In this document: in pieces, positions 17,284-27,287 of the stretch
Numbering within the stretch: position 1 is the stretch's first letter
Layout: every line of letters begins with the position of its first letter
NCBI GenBank assembly: GCA_964519305.1
Contig: CAZFHY010000003.1
Location: 125,249 to 189,248, forward strand
Length of the DNA: 64,000 nt
DNA from: Candidatus Undinarchaeota archaeon
Lineage (GTDB): Archaea; SpSt-1190; JASMDC01
Direction: 5' to 3'
Notes under the pieces: model-generated
Databases searched by the model: none
What the model saw: the letters and a program-made list of their open reading frames with translations, nothing else
What the model was told of the DNA's origin: nothing
Made by a program: the position numbers and the translations under genes

Positions 17284-18319
17284 CGGAACCTGAACTGACG
17301 ATATTCACGATGAGCGCCAGGTAGAGCAGGAACAGGAGCGAGGACTCGAAGCGAGTAAGACGCCTGTCAATGAGCATGATGACCAGAAGAAGGGTCACCA
17401 GCACCATGGCCGGTGCATAGAACGAGATGATGAGTGGTGGTACCAGCATCACACTACCGCCGGACATAGAGGGATAGATAATGGAACATATCCCGATGAC
17501 GACCAGGATGTTGAAGTTGTTTGAGCCCATTATCCCGCCCGTGATCATCTCCTCTTGTCCCTTGAACTGGGATATGAGCGAGGTGACTAGCTCTGGGAGC
17601 GATGTGCCGATGGCGATCATGGTGAATCCGATAATGACATCGAGGACGTCATCGGCGATACCCAGCATCCGACCCACATCTGTACCGATGGAGACCGCTC
17701 CGGTCACGGTTGCCCGGGAGCCTAAGAACACGAACAAGATCCCCATCAGGACGAGCAGCCCTGCCTTGTTGGGTGGTATGCTTGGCTCCTCTTGCTTGTT
17801 GCGGGAACCGCGCAGGTTCGTGACATAAGCCACGTACATCATTAGGAGGATTACCCCCTCCAGGGGGACGATCTTCCCATCGAGCGCGACGATGACGAAC
17901 GCGAAAGTGGACACAAGAAGGAAAGGGACCTCGGCAAGGAGCACGTTCCACTTGATATCGATACCGTGGACCATGCCACAGACACCGAGCACGAGAGTGA
18001 TATTGGCGATATTGGATCCTACGATGTTACCTAGCACCAGATCAGGCTTATTGATGGTAAGAGCCATCAGCGATGCACCAAGTTCTGGAAGGCTCGTTCC
18101 CAGTGCAACGATCGTGGAGCCGACCAAGAATGCAGGTACTCCGAAGTGGATCCCGAGATTGGATGCGCCCTCAGTGAACCTGTCAGCACCAGATACGAGC
18201 ACAACGATACCACATAGGAATAGCAGGTAGGGATTATTCAATCCCGTCGTGGGGAATAGCATGCCTGCGAGTAACAGGGAGAAGGCCAGAGCCGATGCTA
18301 TATCCTGCTGGCTGACCAC
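17276..18319 (-). CDS. Calcium/sodium (cation:Ca2+) antiporter, YrbG-like
   Basis: Two alpha repeats, GTSLPE...GNIVGSNIAN and GTSLPE...GGIMGSNNFN. The start is set to GTG 18319, downstream of the TATA. Confidence 0.92.
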   Translation of the reverse strand: MVSQQDIASALAFSLLLAGMLFPTTGLNNPYLLFLCGIVVLVSGADRFTEGASNLGIHFGVPAFLVGSTIVALGTSLPELGASLMALTINKPDLVLGNIVGSNIANITLVLGVCGMVHGIDIKWNVLLAEVPFLLVSTFAFVIVALDGKIVPLEGVILLMMYVAYVTNLRGSRNKQEEPSIPPNKAGLLVLMGILFVFLGSRATVTGAVSIGTDVGRMLGIADDVLDVIIGFTMIAIGTSLPELVTSLISQFKGQEEMITGGIMGSNNFNILVVIGICSIIYPSMSGGSVMLVPPLIISFYAPAMVLVTLLLVIMLIDRRLTRFESSLLFLLYLALIVNIVSSGSGV

Positions 18320-18340
18320 GTTGGCTCCACTACGCTCACA

Positions 18341-18349
18341 TTTTATAAA
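18341..18349. promoter_or_regulatory. TATA box in the divergent antiporter/GT-C intergenic region
   Basis: TTTTATAAA. Confidence 0.55.
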
Positions 18350-18417
18350 GGCATGGGTGACTGGAAATGCCCGTATCGGGGAAACCCTTTTCAAGGTTAG
18401 GCAAGGGTGGGAACGTT

Positions 18418-21400
18418 GTGAAGCGGGCCTCGAGACTTGTCGCGGTCATTGTTGTCGCGGCACTCCTCTACATCCTCCCGGAGATCCTGCGTGAACTCTT
18501 CCTCGGAACGTATGGTTTCGTTGGTTGGCCTACGTACTACCATACACGGATCGCCCGTCTAATCGTCAATGAGCAGGCCTTTCCTGTTTATGACGCGCAG
18601 TCCTTTGGCGGAAGGCCATGGTCCTATCCACCCGGCTTCCCTTCGCTACTTGCTGTAGTGGCCATCGTGAACGGGTGGGAGCCGAGCCTCTCGGTCATCA
18701 TCGTCCCTCCGATCATCGGAGCGGTATCCATCGGCCTCGTCTATGCCATCGCCCGACGGGTCGGCGTACCACCTCTGCTGGCAGCAGTGATCTTTTCGAT
18801 CAGTCCGCCCCAAGTGTACTCTGCCAGCCACTCGATGTCCCGCATCCTTCCGTTGTTCGAGGCCTATGCTGTCCTCCTACTGCTCCTCCTCTATCTGCGC
18901 TCGCGCCGGACCGCTTTCCTAGCGCTCTCGGTCCTCTGTCTAGCTACGACCTGGGGATCACACCTGGCGGTCAGCCTCTATTCCTGTATCCTTGTCGCAG
19001 GTCTCCTCTACGAAGGAGGGATCAGTCCTTCAGAAGCCCTTCTGCTCTTCGTAGGCTCCTTCCTCCTCGTGGGTTTCTGGTATGTGAATATCTACACTAC
19101 GCTCGGCATACCAGAGAAGAACGCGTTCCATCAGAACTTCGGTGACCTGACTGCCTACTTTCCTGACCTGATCTTCGAGTTGAGGCTAACGTCCTTGAGC
19201 CTTCTTGTGTATGCTGCGTCCCTCCTTGCTATCCCTATCCTGTCACGTAGCCCTGAGGGGAGAGCGGTAGCGTGGTGGATGTTCGTTACCCTCGTGTTCG
19301 TAATGGCCGTGGGGAACCGTGAGAACATCTACCTCGCGATGCCGTTCTCGCTTGCCGCGTCCATAGTATTTCGCAAACTACCACGTCGCCTCATGGTGCC
19401 CGTTCTGGTGCTCCTGTTGTACTATGCATGGAACCAGACCGCGTTCATGGCGATCCTACCGCCGAACACACCTCTTATTGACACGATGCGCTGGGTGGGC
19501 AACAACACACCACTGGACGCAGTCGTGCTCTCTGAATGGTCGAAAGGCCACTGGATCGCGACCATCGCCGGTCGACAGAACGTCATGGACTTCTTCGCCG
19601 AGTACGTGGACGATGCCGACGAAGTATGGTGGGACACGCGTATCATCTTCCAGGGTGATAATGTTACCAAGACCATGGGCTTGCTGGCTAAGTACAACGT
19701 CAGTCATATCCTCATCGACTCACCGATGCGTCAGTGGGAATTGTGGGGTTGGGAGAAGTACGGCCTGCTATCTTACGTCAATGATACGGAGGAGTTCAGC
19801 CTCGTTTACAACAACACCTATGCTCAGGTATACGAGGTGCACAACACTTATCCTCCCATCGAGATCCACATCCCCAAGCTGGAGCGACAACAGAACACGT
19901 TCACAAGACTGTCCCGCGTGCTCCCCGTGCTAGCGCTCGTTGTGGCGGGTGGTGTCTGGTGGAGCGGGACCCTCTCTACGGTGGCCCTCTCGTTGTTGAT
20001 GCTCCTTATCGCGCTCCCGTTCCATATCTATCCGATCGCGGCCAACGTCGCACCTCTCGGATGGGATGCGGCGTTCCACCAACGTCTGACATCACTACTC
20101 GGGAGCCAGGCGGACCTTCCTGTATTTGATCCGCTCTCGTCAGGGGGACGGCCGGTGGGCATCGGGATGGGGTACCATATCCTTGGTGCGCTCGTAGGGC
20201 TCCGGACCGTGAACACGATGGCCTATCTCGCGCTATTCCCGCTGTTCTACGTGTTCGCCCGCCGATACCTGCCACGACCCTATGCGGTTCTGGCAAGCGG
20301 TGTGTTCCTACTTCAGTTCGAGGTCCTGGTGAGCTCTACTGCTCTACATCCCCGCATTCTGGGCCTTGCGCTCGTACTGGCCCACATGCGTTGGCGCAAC
20401 CCCCTGATGCTCTTGGCCATCTCGACCATTCATCTTCCGTCATTCCTCTTCGCCATCCAGATATCGCTGCTCAGTGACCTTGTGGAAAAATGGCGAGCCG
20501 TCGATCTCGTCCTCCTGATACTGACAGTTCCGGCGTTCCTGTTCCGGCTTGTCTCATTTAATCCATTAGTGCCCCTGGTCCTGGTATTCCCGTTCATCTG
20601 GGTCCGGGAGAAGCGAAGCTTAGTAGCGCCCCTCATGGTCGCACTCCTCTGGCTCGCTTTCCTCAACGCAGGAGGGATGGTGTTCAACGATCCCACATGG
20701 GGGTGGACCGAGCCATGGAACTTCTATACGTACAAGTACAGCTACATGGGTGTCCTACTTGGATTGATAGCGCTTCCCCTGGTGCCGTCGGAGCTCATTG
20801 CTCTGACCGCGTACTCTGTCGTGCTGACTAAGTACCAGTTCCTGACCTATGTCCCCAATACCTTCTCGCTCTTCCCTTCAGTATTCGTGGCCATGATGGC
20901 TGCTATCGGTCTACGAGCTGTCATACGCACCGTGGTCGATCCGGCTGAGCCCAAGTTCGGGAGGAAGGTGGCGGGAGCACTGCTTATCTTCATGATATAC
21001 TGGTGCGCTCGGGCGAGCCTCAATCACGCGCTCAACGCCTATCCGGACGTTACACTGGAGGATCTCGAAGCGCTGAAATGGGTGGAGGCCAACGCAACGG
21101 GTACTGTCCTGGGGTCGGTGGATATATCTGCAGTCTGGCTTCCCACCTACGCCAACCGCACATCCTATCTGGATGCTGAGTTCTTCACGACACCGGACTT
21201 CGTTCATCGTGAGAACATCACGAAGAGCATCTTCGCCAAGGACGATCCGAATGTGGTCCGCTATCTAGTGGATAAGGAAGGGATCGACTATATCTACCTG
21301 ACCGCCGAGGACCCGCGCTTTATCAGGCGAGGTATCGAGAACATCACAAAGAAGTTCGAGCAGGCTAACCTAACTCTTGTCTACAAGAACGATCGCGCCC

Positions 21401-21432
21401 GTATATTCGCGACGGGGGTGGGTCCGGAGTGA
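18418..21432 (+). CDS. Tandem double STT3/AglB-like GT-C membrane glycosyltransferase
   Basis: Module 1: GWPTYYHTRIAR...D.QSFGGRP.SYPPG...WVGNNTP.DAVVLSEWSKGHWI. Module 2: GWDAAFHQRL...DPLSSGGRP...LEALKWVEANATGTVL...IDYIYL. Confidence 0.75.
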   Translation: MKRASRLVAVIVVAALLYILPEILRELFLGTYGFVGWPTYYHTRIARLIVNEQAFPVYDAQSFGGRPWSYPPGFPSLLAVVAIVNGWEPSLSVIIVPPIIGAVSIGLVYAIARRVGVPPLLAAVIFSISPPQVYSASHSMSRILPLFEAYAVLLLLLLYLRSRRTAFLALSVLCLATTWGSHLAVSLYSCILVAGLLYEGGISPSEALLLFVGSFLLVGFWYVNIYTTLGIPEKNAFHQNFGDLTAYFPDLIFELRLTSLSLLVYAASLLAIPILSRSPEGRAVAWWMFVTLVFVMAVGNRENIYLAMPFSLAASIVFRKLPRRLMVPVLVLLLYYAWNQTAFMAILPPNTPLIDTMRWVGNNTPLDAVVLSEWSKGHWIATIAGRQNVMDFFAEYVDDADEVWWDTRIIFQGDNVTKTMGLLAKYNVSHILIDSPMRQWELWGWEKYGLLSYVNDTEEFSLVYNNTYAQVYEVHNTYPPIEIHIPKLERQQNTFTRLSRVLPVLALVVAGGVWWSGTLSTVALSLLMLLIALPFHIYPIAANVAPLGWDAAFHQRLTSLLGSQADLPVFDPLSSGGRPVGIGMGYHILGALVGLRTVNTMAYLALFPLFYVFARRYLPRPYAVLASGVFLLQFEVLVSSTALHPRILGLALVLAHMRWRNPLMLLAISTIHLPSFLFAIQISLLSDLVEKWRAVDLVLLILTVPAFLFRLVSFNPLVPLVLVFPFIWVREKRSLVAPLMVALLWLAFLNAGGMVFNDPTWGWTEPWNFYTYKYSYMGVLLGLIALPLVPSELIALTAYSVVLTKYQFLTYVPNTFSLFPSVFVAMMAAIGLRAVIRTVVDPAEPKFGRKVAGALLIFMIYWCARASLNHALNAYPDVTLEDLEALKWVEANATGTVLGSVDISAVWLPTYANRTSYLDAEFFTTPDFVHRENITKSIFAKDDPNVVRYLVDKEGIDYIYLTAEDPRFIRRGIENITKKFEQANLTLVYKNDRARIFATGVGPE

Positions 21433-22871
21433 GAACGGATCGTGTACGCTGGATCGTTGTGCTCGTGGCGATCTCGCTCATCCTCCGAACGATGATCGGG
21501 CTCACGCTAACGCCGTATCTCCATGGCATGGACGGGTATTTCCACCTGAGGATGGCCCACCTCGTAGTCCGCGACGGCCAGATACCGACCGTGGACGCGA
21601 ACTCATGGGGAGGACGTTATTACAATTATCTCCCTGCTTTCCATGTTCTGTTGGCGACCATCAGGCTCGCCACTGGTATCCCATTCGAGACAGCGGCCCG
21701 TGCCATCGGACCCCTTATCTCAATTCTCCCCACATTATCCATCTTCTTGTTGGTCCGTCCCCATGGTACTCGCCAGGCCTTTCTCGCCATGTTGGCGTTC
21801 GCCCTTGCGCCGTACGCTATGTTCAAGTTCACCGTGAACGCTATGGCGGATGCCCTGTCCCTCGGTCTCATCGTACATGCTGTTCTCTTGGCGTCACGAG
21901 GACTGTACCCTCTCCTCTGCCTCACGGTCTTCACCTGCGCTTTCACTCATCCCTCGGCTGCATTCCTCCTCATCCTCACACCTTTCCTCCCCGCTCGCCG
22001 CTCATTGATACTCGTCCTGTTCCTGGCGCCAGTGTGGGTGTTCCTGGCATCATTAGCCCCTATCGCGGGCCAAGGGATAGCTCATCAGTTCGTGCCAGAC
22101 CTCCTCCTGGACCATATCTACGAGCCGGTAACGCGACTACACCTCACGATCGGTTTCAATCCCCTCATCGGTATCCTGGCGGTCGCGGGCTTGGCGTTCC
22201 ATGACGGGTCGCGGAGCGAGAGGATGCTGCTCGTACTCTCAACATGTATAATCGTGGGTGTTATGCTCGGTTATTTAGAGGCGGGTCGCGGTATAGCCTA
22301 CCTAACTCCTGCCGTGGCAGTGTTCGCGGCCGCTGCTGCCGACCGGTTAGCGACCGGGGGCTGGCCTGCCGGGTTCTTACTCGCAGGTTCCCTGGTATTC
22401 AGTATCCTGGTCCTCATGTGGGCCATCCACTTCTCCTTCTGGGGTGTGATGTCGCCGGCCCAGCGTGGTGCACTCCTCTGGTTGAAGGACCAGCCTCGCG
22501 GGACCGTGGCCACCTGGCTGGGGGACGGGCAATGGATCGCCACCGTAGCCGACCAACCGAACATCATGGACGGTCATTTCACGGGGCGTACGGATTCCAA
22601 TGAACGTCTTAACGACCTCAATGACCTCTTCAACGTCACGACGGCCAGTAAGGCAGAGGGGATTCTCCGTAAGTATGACGTGACCTACGTCTACCTTCAC
22701 AAGCTCCACTGGCACTGGATGGAGCGACAGGGTTATGAGCATGATCGGCTCGTCTATTCCATTGATAGCTCGTCCTGCTTCGTCAAGGATTTCGACAATG
22801 GACATTCTCGGTTCTATCGTGTTGTCCGTCGCACCGATTGTTTCCCGCCGAACATCGCAGACATAATCTGA
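21429..22871 (+). CDS. STT3/AglB-like GT-C membrane glycosyltransferase
   Basis: GMDGYFHLRMA...DANSWGGRYYNYLPAFH and LLWLKDQPRGTVATWLGDGQWI...KYDVTYVY. GTGA overlap with the upstream gene. Confidence 0.75.
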   Translation: MRTDRVRWIVVLVAISLILRTMIGLTLTPYLHGMDGYFHLRMAHLVVRDGQIPTVDANSWGGRYYNYLPAFHVLLATIRLATGIPFETAARAIGPLISILPTLSIFLLVRPHGTRQAFLAMLAFALAPYAMFKFTVNAMADALSLGLIVHAVLLASRGLYPLLCLTVFTCAFTHPSAAFLLILTPFLPARRSLILVLFLAPVWVFLASLAPIAGQGIAHQFVPDLLLDHIYEPVTRLHLTIGFNPLIGILAVAGLAFHDGSRSERMLLVLSTCIIVGVMLGYLEAGRGIAYLTPAVAVFAAAAADRLATGGWPAGFLLAGSLVFSILVLMWAIHFSFWGVMSPAQRGALLWLKDQPRGTVATWLGDGQWIATVADQPNIMDGHFTGRTDSNERLNDLNDLFNVTTASKAEGILRKYDVTYVYLHKLHWHWMERQGYEHDRLVYSIDSSSCFVKDFDNGHSRFYRVVRRTDCFPPNIADII

Positions 22872-22931
22872 TGTTGAGGGCGCGGGGCGAAACACAAACC
22901 TTTTTGATTGTTCGCCCATCACCTCCAATCC

Positions 22932-23234
22932 ATGGTACTTGGCACTATGGGCGGAGGGGAATGGCTGGTCGTACTACTGCTCGCTTTCCTCCTCTTCGGT
23001 CCCAAGAAGCTCCCTGAGCTTGCCCGCTCACTAGGGCTCGCGTCCTCCGAGTACAAGAAAGCTGTCAAAGAAGGCGAGGAGACGCTCAAGAAAGAACCCG
23101 AAGAAAAGAAGAGCGATGTCGTGAAGGCCGCAGAGGCGCTAGGCATCGATATCAAGGGTAAGTCTGAGAAGGAGCTTAAGCAAGAGATCGCGACTCAAAT
23201 GAAGGGAAAAGAGGACGGGAGCGGCGACGACTGA
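22932..23234 (+). CDS. tatA: Twin-arginine translocase TatA/E
   Basis: GGGEWLVVLLLAFLLFGPKKLPELARSLG. Confidence 0.95.
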   Translation: MVLGTMGGGEWLVVLLLAFLLFGPKKLPELARSLGLASSEYKKAVKEGEETLKKEPEEKKSDVVKAAEALGIDIKGKSEKELKQEIATQMKGKEDGSGDD

Positions 23235-23235
23235 A

Positions 23236-23958
23236 GTGGAAATGCCCGTGGAGGAGCACCTCGAGGAGCTCCGCCGCAGGCTCTTTATCTTCATAATCGC
23301 TCTGTTCTTTGCCCTGCTCGCGCTCTTCCCTCTAAGCGGGCCTGTGTTCAAGCGGATGCAGGAGGACCTGATCCTCACGGGGGACGGGACGGCGGTCCAG
23401 GTAATCGCCACGTCGCTCACTGAGTCGATCGTGGCACGTGTAAAGATAGCCACTTACAGCGCGCTTCTCTTCATCCTTCCGACGGTGGGCTTCTATGAGG
23501 CCTTCTCCTTCGTCAATCCCGGACTCCGCGCAAAAGAGAGACGTGTGGTGTTCGCCACGGTGATTCCGGTGTTCATCATGTTCGCGGCAGGCGCCGTTTT
23601 CGCGTACAAGGTCCTCCTTCCCGTTATGATCTCGTTCCTTGTCGGATTCACCCTGGACATGGGGGTGCAACCCTTTCTTGCGGTGGACACGATGGTATCG
23701 TTCATCTTCGCGACCATGCTGTTGATGGGTTTCATGTTCGAGCTCCCAGTGATGTGCGCTCTGCTCGCGTGGCTGGGCGTGCTCCCCCCAGAGCTCCTGA
23801 GCTACTACAGACGACATATCTACCTGATAATCTTCTTCTTGGCGGGAGTTGTCACTCCCGATCCGACCTTCGTCAGCCAGTTCGTGCTTGCCATCCCCAT
23901 GGTTGTCCTGTTCGAGCTGGGTGTCGTGTTCGCACGCATAATGTGGAGGGGAGACTGA
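23236..23958 (+). CDS. tatC: Twin-arginine translocase TatC
   Basis: MPVEEHLEELRRRL, FVNPGL...E, FELPV, TPDP and PMVVLFELG. Confidence 0.95.
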   Translation: MEMPVEEHLEELRRRLFIFIIALFFALLALFPLSGPVFKRMQEDLILTGDGTAVQVIATSLTESIVARVKIATYSALLFILPTVGFYEAFSFVNPGLRAKERRVVFATVIPVFIMFAAGAVFAYKVLLPVMISFLVGFTLDMGVQPFLAVDTMVSFIFATMLLMGFMFELPVMCALLAWLGVLPPELLSYYRRHIYLIIFFLAGVVTPDPTFVSQFVLAIPMVVLFELGVVFARIMWRGD

Positions 23959-24864
23959 ATGGAACCCATGGTGCGAATGGATGAGGTGTCCAAGAGCTTT
24001 GATGACATCGAGGCCGTGAGCGCTCTTACTTTTTCCATCAAACCCGGCGAGGTGTTCGGCCTGCTTGGACCCAACGGTGCAGGGAAGACGACGGCCATCC
24101 GCCTGCTCAACGGTATACTACTTCCCGACCATGGTGAGATAGAGGTCTTCGGAGAGTCCCTGCACGAGAATCCCACGAACAAGGCACGCATCGGCTATCT
24201 CCCCGAGGAACGTGGCCTCTACCAGAAGATGAGAGTGCTGGACGCCATGGTGTTCTTCGCCGCGCTTAACGGAGTGGCCCGACATGTTGCCCGCGAGAGG
24301 GCAAATGAACTTCTGGAGCACTTCGAAGTAGATCCTGGTCTCAAGGTTGAGGCGCTGTCCAAAGGGAACCGTGCCAAGCTCCTCATGGCCATAACGATCA
24401 TCCACGATCCTGAGCTCCTCATCTTGGACGAGCCTTTCTCGGGTCTCGATCCCGTGGGCGTCAGGGTCATGCGGGACATCATACTTGAGAAAAAGCGCGC
24501 AGGTGCATCGATCGTGCTCTCTACACACCAGATGACGGATGCCGAGATGCTCTGCGACCGTATCTGCCTCATCAACAAAGGGAAACGGGTCGTCTATGGC
24601 CCTCTCAGCGAGGTCAGGAAGGCCTTCGGGATGCGATGCATCGAGGTCGAGGGGGAGGGTGACATGGATTCCCTGAGCGAGCTGGGGTACGAGTACGAGG
24701 TAATGGGTAATACTGCCCGCGTATACGGTGCTGAACAGCAGCCGGTGCTTGCCCATCTACTGAAGAAACAGGTGAAGCTCACATCGTTCAGCGTGTCCGA
24801 GGCGCCCCTGGAGAAGATATTCCTTGATGTGGTAGGTGATAGCAATAATGCGACCGATGATTGA
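23959..24864 (+). CDS. ABC-2 exporter ATP-binding subunit (NatA-like)
   Basis: GPNGAGKT, GYLPEERGLY, LSKGN, LILDEPFSGLDP and STH. Confidence 0.93.
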   Translation: MEPMVRMDEVSKSFDDIEAVSALTFSIKPGEVFGLLGPNGAGKTTAIRLLNGILLPDHGEIEVFGESLHENPTNKARIGYLPEERGLYQKMRVLDAMVFFAALNGVARHVARERANELLEHFEVDPGLKVEALSKGNRAKLLMAITIIHDPELLILDEPFSGLDPVGVRVMRDIILEKKRAGASIVLSTHQMTDAEMLCDRICLINKGKRVVYGPLSEVRKAFGMRCIEVEGEGDMDSLSELGYEYEVMGNTARVYGAEQQPVLAHLLKKQVKLTSFSVSEAPLEKIFLDVVGDSNNATDD

Positions 24865-26008
24865 AGTAGCACGTCGGGAGTTCTTCGAGAACGTCAAACG
24901 ACCGGGCTACATCATCATCACGCTCATCTATCCCCTCTTCCTGTTCTCCATGCTGCTACTCCCATCACAGCTCATGGAGCGGTTCGCCACAGAAGCCACT
25001 ATCGGCGTTGTGGACGAGGTCGGCGGGCTCTTCGGTACACTTAGAAAGGCCGCATCACGGATGGAGGTCGTACCTTTCAATACAACGAAAGATGCGGATG
25101 CAGCGCTCAATGCTCATGATATCCGAGGGTACCTGATAATCCATAACGTCTCAACGGGCACTTACGTCACTGCGTCACAGAACCCAGCAGAGCTCTTTAA
25201 TGTCCGAGCTGCGTTCGAGGCTGTCGTCCTGTCGCGTCGCTTGAGGAACGAGGGGCTGGACTCCTCTGCTCAGGCAAGGGTGTTGGCCCGCGTATCCTTC
25301 AGTCATAATGTGATATCGGAGACGGGCGTCAAAGAAGGCAATATACTCACATTCCTGATAGCTTACATGATCCCCATCCTTTTCATCGTGCCCCTCTTCC
25401 TTACCGGACAGTATCTGGTCCAGAGCGTAGCTGAGGAAAAGGAGAACCGTGTAGTGGAGCTCATCCTCTCTTCACCCCTCTCACCTTCTTCCTTGCTCCT
25501 GGGAAAGGTGCTCGGACTGTGCGTTCTGGGGCTCATCCAGATGACGATATGGTTCGGTGGTGCAGCTTATGCACTGGCCTCGACGACGGTCCAGATCACT
25601 GCTTCGACCATCGCCCTATCACTACTGTTCTTCCTGCTCGGATACCTGTTCTACGGTATGGTGCTGGCAGGGCTTGGTGCCATGGGCTCATCACTTCGCG
25701 AGTCACAGTACATCAGCATGACGGTTTCGTGGTTCGCCCTTGTCCCTTTCATCCTCTTGCCCGCGATCCAGGAGAACGTGGCTCTCGCACGTCTATTAGC
25801 TCTATTTCCCTTCTTCACTCCAATGGTCATGATCATACGGATATTCTCGCACCCACCTTCCCTCGGCGAGGTCTTCTTCTATTCACTGGTCCTGCTAATC
25901 TCAACGATCATCGCCTCGCGTGTGTTCGGTCGCATTTTCCGTGCGACCATCCTCATGTACGGGACCCGGCCGACCATTCGTCAACTGTGGCGGGCGCTCA
26001 CAGTTTGA
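24848..26008 (+). CDS. ABC-2 exporter permease (NatB-like)
   Basis: ARREF, EEKENRVVELILSS, LLGKVLG and PFFTPM. GGTGAT SD. Confidence 0.9.
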   Translation: MRPMIEVARREFFENVKRPGYIIITLIYPLFLFSMLLLPSQLMERFATEATIGVVDEVGGLFGTLRKAASRMEVVPFNTTKDADAALNAHDIRGYLIIHNVSTGTYVTASQNPAELFNVRAAFEAVVLSRRLRNEGLDSSAQARVLARVSFSHNVISETGVKEGNILTFLIAYMIPILFIVPLFLTGQYLVQSVAEEKENRVVELILSSPLSPSSLLLGKVLGLCVLGLIQMTIWFGGAAYALASTTVQITASTIALSLLFFLLGYLFYGMVLAGLGAMGSSLRESQYISMTVSWFALVPFILLPAIQENVALARLLALFPFFTPMVMIIRIFSHPPSLGEVFFYSLVLLISTIIASRVFGRIFRATILMYGTRPTIRQLWRALTV

Positions 26009-26012
26009 TGGT

Positions 26013-26762
26013 TCATGAGTACAGGATGACGACCGGGCAATGGTCGGAGCCCATTACCTCTGGTAGTATGAAGGATTCCTGAACTCTGGATAGTAGCTTC
26101 CGGGAAACACATACGTAATCTATGCGCCACCCTATGTTCCTGGCTCGAGAGTTGAACCGGTACGACCACCATGTATAGTGCCCTGGATCCTTCGTGAAGT
26201 GTCGGAAAGTGTCCACGTACCCTGCCTCGAGGATCGCAGAGAAGTCGCGACGCTCCTCGTCCGAGAACCCCGGATTTTCATGGTTCCGGTCCGGATTTGC
26301 CAGGTCTATCTCCTCGTGGGCGACGTTCAGGTCACCGGTGATGATCACAGGTTTCAATGACTCGAGGTGCTTGACGAAGTCGAGGAAGTCGCGGTCCCAT
26401 GTCATGCGGTAAGGCAGACGTTTGAGCCCGTGTTGAGCGTTCGGTGTGTACACGCACACGAGGAAGTGGTCGGAGAACTCGAGCGTGATGAGGCGCCCCT
26501 CAGTATCATGCTCCTCCTTTCCCATGCCGTAGAGCACTGCCAAGGGCTTGATACGTGTGAACACGGCCGTTCCGGAATAGCCTTTCTTCTCCGCGCTGTT
26601 CCAGTACTGCTCGTATCCGGGGAGCTCCATGTTGACATCCTCCGGTCGGGCTTTTGTCTCCTGGACACAGATGATGTCAGGGGCAATCTCAGAGATTGTC
26701 TCGATGAATCCCTTGCGGATGGCGGCACGGATGCCATTGACGTTCCAAGAGAGGAGCTTCAT
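26013..26762 (-). CDS. xth: Exodeoxyribonuclease III / AP endonuclease
   Basis: SWNVNGIRA, QETK, GYSGT, GDLNVAH, YTWWSYR, GWRIDY and GSDHCP. Confidence 0.96.
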   Translation of the reverse strand: MKLLSWNVNGIRAAIRKGFIETISEIAPDIICVQETKARPEDVNMELPGYEQYWNSAEKKGYSGTAVFTRIKPLAVLYGMGKEEHDTEGRLITLEFSDHFLVCVYTPNAQHGLKRLPYRMTWDRDFLDFVKHLESLKPVIITGDLNVAHEEIDLANPDRNHENPGFSDEERRDFSAILEAGYVDTFRHFTKDPGHYTWWSYRFNSRARNIGWRIDYVCVSRKLLSRVQESFILPEVMGSDHCPVVILYS

Positions 26763-26817
26763 AAGTCACGGTCGCCCCAGATGTTTTAAGAGTGTTGCGT
26801 GGATGTCGCTGGAACGC

Positions 26818-27240
26818 TCATCGTGTGTACATGTGCCGGCTGTGGTCCTTACTGCGGCGCTGGAACGCGAAATGCTTGAAGTGTTTAACGAACATCCTTG
26901 CTGAGAAGATCCCCACGATGGTGCCTTTTTCGGTGACGACGACACGGCGGATATTATGTTTTGTCATCAGATCGCTCGCCGCTACCGGATCATCATCTAT
27001 ATCCACCTTGACGAGGGGTTTGGAGATGATGCTCCCGGCTTCGACCGTGTTTGGGTCGTCACCCTTTGCGACCACGCGTCTGATGATGTCCCGCTCTGTG
27101 ACTATCCCTTCAATATGGCTTCCCTTTTCAACGAGGACCGAACTAATGCCCTTCTTCATCATAAGCTTGGCCACGTCGGTAATGTTCGTTGTTGCAGCGA
27201 CCTTTGTAGTGGGGCGCATCACGTCCTTGAGCAGCACCAT
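26818..27240 (-). CDS. CBS-pair protein
   Basis: VAKLMMKKGISSVLV...GIVTERDI and LMTKHNIRRVVV...VGIFS. Confidence 0.9.
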   Translation of the reverse strand: MVLLKDVMRPTTKVAATTNITDVAKLMMKKGISSVLVEKGSHIEGIVTERDIIRRVVAKGDDPNTVEAGSIISKPLVKVDIDDDPVAASDLMTKHNIRRVVVTEKGTIVGIFSARMFVKHFKHFAFQRRSKDHSRHMYTR

Positions 27241-27287
27241 GGTTTGTACGGTGCACGCTAAAGGTTAAGAGCGTTGGGTCGGAAGCG

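Noticed and set aside
18418-21432. Calling this gene aglB
   Set aside because: Both modules lack WWDYG and each is shorter than a canonical AglB.
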